64,000 nt of DNA from Octopus vulgaris (taxonomy: Eukaryota): contig OX597814.1 of NCBI GenBank assembly GCA_951406725.2, forward strand, positions 86,862,001 to 86,926,000, given 5' to 3'. This document shows positions 62,976-64,000 of this stretch, one piece after another. The stretch's first letter is position 1. Each line of letters opens with the position of its first letter. The notes beneath the pieces are model-generated. The model saw nothing but the letters and a program-made list of their open reading frames with translations. It was not told the origin of the DNA and did no database searches. The position numbers and the translations under genes were made by a program.

Positions 62976-64000
62976 AACTAAAGCGTTTGACCCGGTCATA
63001 AAAACAAACAAAAGAATAGTGTAATTGGTGTAAAACAACTTGCTCTAAACGAACATGACCAAAAAAATGCGCGCTCGCAAAAGGGGTGGGGGAGAGGACT
63101 CGGAAAATTCACATCGTGAATGATCCGGGCACAAAAGCAAAAAAAAAAAATGTAGTAGGTGTAAAACAACGTTCTAAACGATTATCAACAACATACACAC
63201 AAAGAAATGGTTGGTTCAAGGCAAGTGTGCATTGAACTGAATTTAAATAAGCAAGAAAGATATTATCAAAGAAAAGGCCATAGCACCATCTTTAGTATCT
63301 GTTGTTATTATGGAGTTGAATATGTGTGTGTGTGGTGAAGTTATTAATATCAATACATTAACCAACACCATTGAAGTGAAATAATAGTTTCCTATACTTT
63401 TGGTTTGGCACTGCTGAATTGAGTCAACGACTATATAATACAAGTCAGGAGAAAAAAAAACGAAAAATGCGATATCCATAACAGTAAAGAAATAAGACCT
63501 CCCCCAAACAGTAACCCTTGTGTTTAAAATCTCCCTAACAAAAAAGAGAGGTTGTTTGGCTTTAGTTTGAGCGAAAGTCGGTGTGGGTGGGTACACATCT
63601 AGTTATGCCATTAAAGCGACGTACTTTTAAACTTACGGATGGTTAACAAAAATCTGTTTAACAGCTGATGTTATCAGCTAGTGCTCGGCTAATTGCGACG
63701 GTCTTTTAATTTTTAATCAGCATTTCATATATTGTATTTAAATGTACATATGTAATAAACAGTATTTTTATGTATAATTTAAAATGCTAGGCTATTTAAA
63801 ATGCTAGGCTATTTTCCAAAGCTTAAGGTGGAGGATGCATTTAAGTGCCTCAGTCGATTATATTTGCTTTTGCCCAGTTTAGTCATTATAAATATAGACA
63901 AATTTGGATATTATAGGAATGTTTTATAATTGATTCGTTGAATTATCCGGTACTACTAGCGAACAGTGGTCCCGGTGCGCTAGCTAGTCGTAAGTAGTCG

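Noticed and set aside
61571-64000. Cofilin exon 2
   Set aside because: No acceptor followed by a PD/E..K.KM.Y-type segment found by eye; probably beyond the window.

Overview
AT-rich, microsatellite-laden animal genomic DNA. The SINE families and the (TA)n/(CA)n load look like an octopus (coleoid cephalopod) genome; this is inferred, not proven. Nearly everything interpretable is transposon-derived: RTE, CR1/L2 and Tx1/L1 LINE fragments, tRNA-derived SINEs, Tigger/pogo, maT (DD37D) and hAT remnants, MITEs and foldbacks, and several Helitrons. There is also a decayed Gypsy pol, a nearly full-length CsRN1-like Gypsy element (44885-49658) and a Penelope-like element (about 21198-25390). The only clear host gene is the first coding exon of an ADF/cofilin (61278-61570, +) with a TATA/Inr promoter; its later exons lie outside the window. 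The most interesting signals: (i) a head-to-tail Helitron trimer at one AT site whose long unit encodes a spliced, in-frame STPR-repeat/helicase-C-terminus mini-protein; (ii) at least 7 minimal hammerhead-ribozyme motifs, including long-stem-II and CCGA core variants and an inverted pair; (iii) a SINE whose 3' tail matches the Tx1 LINE 3' end while a sister copy has another tail; (iv) an LTR with a symmetric NRF1/ETS motif cassette; (v) a large foldback in cofilin intron 1. All calls were made by eye, and boundaries of degenerate repeats are approximate.
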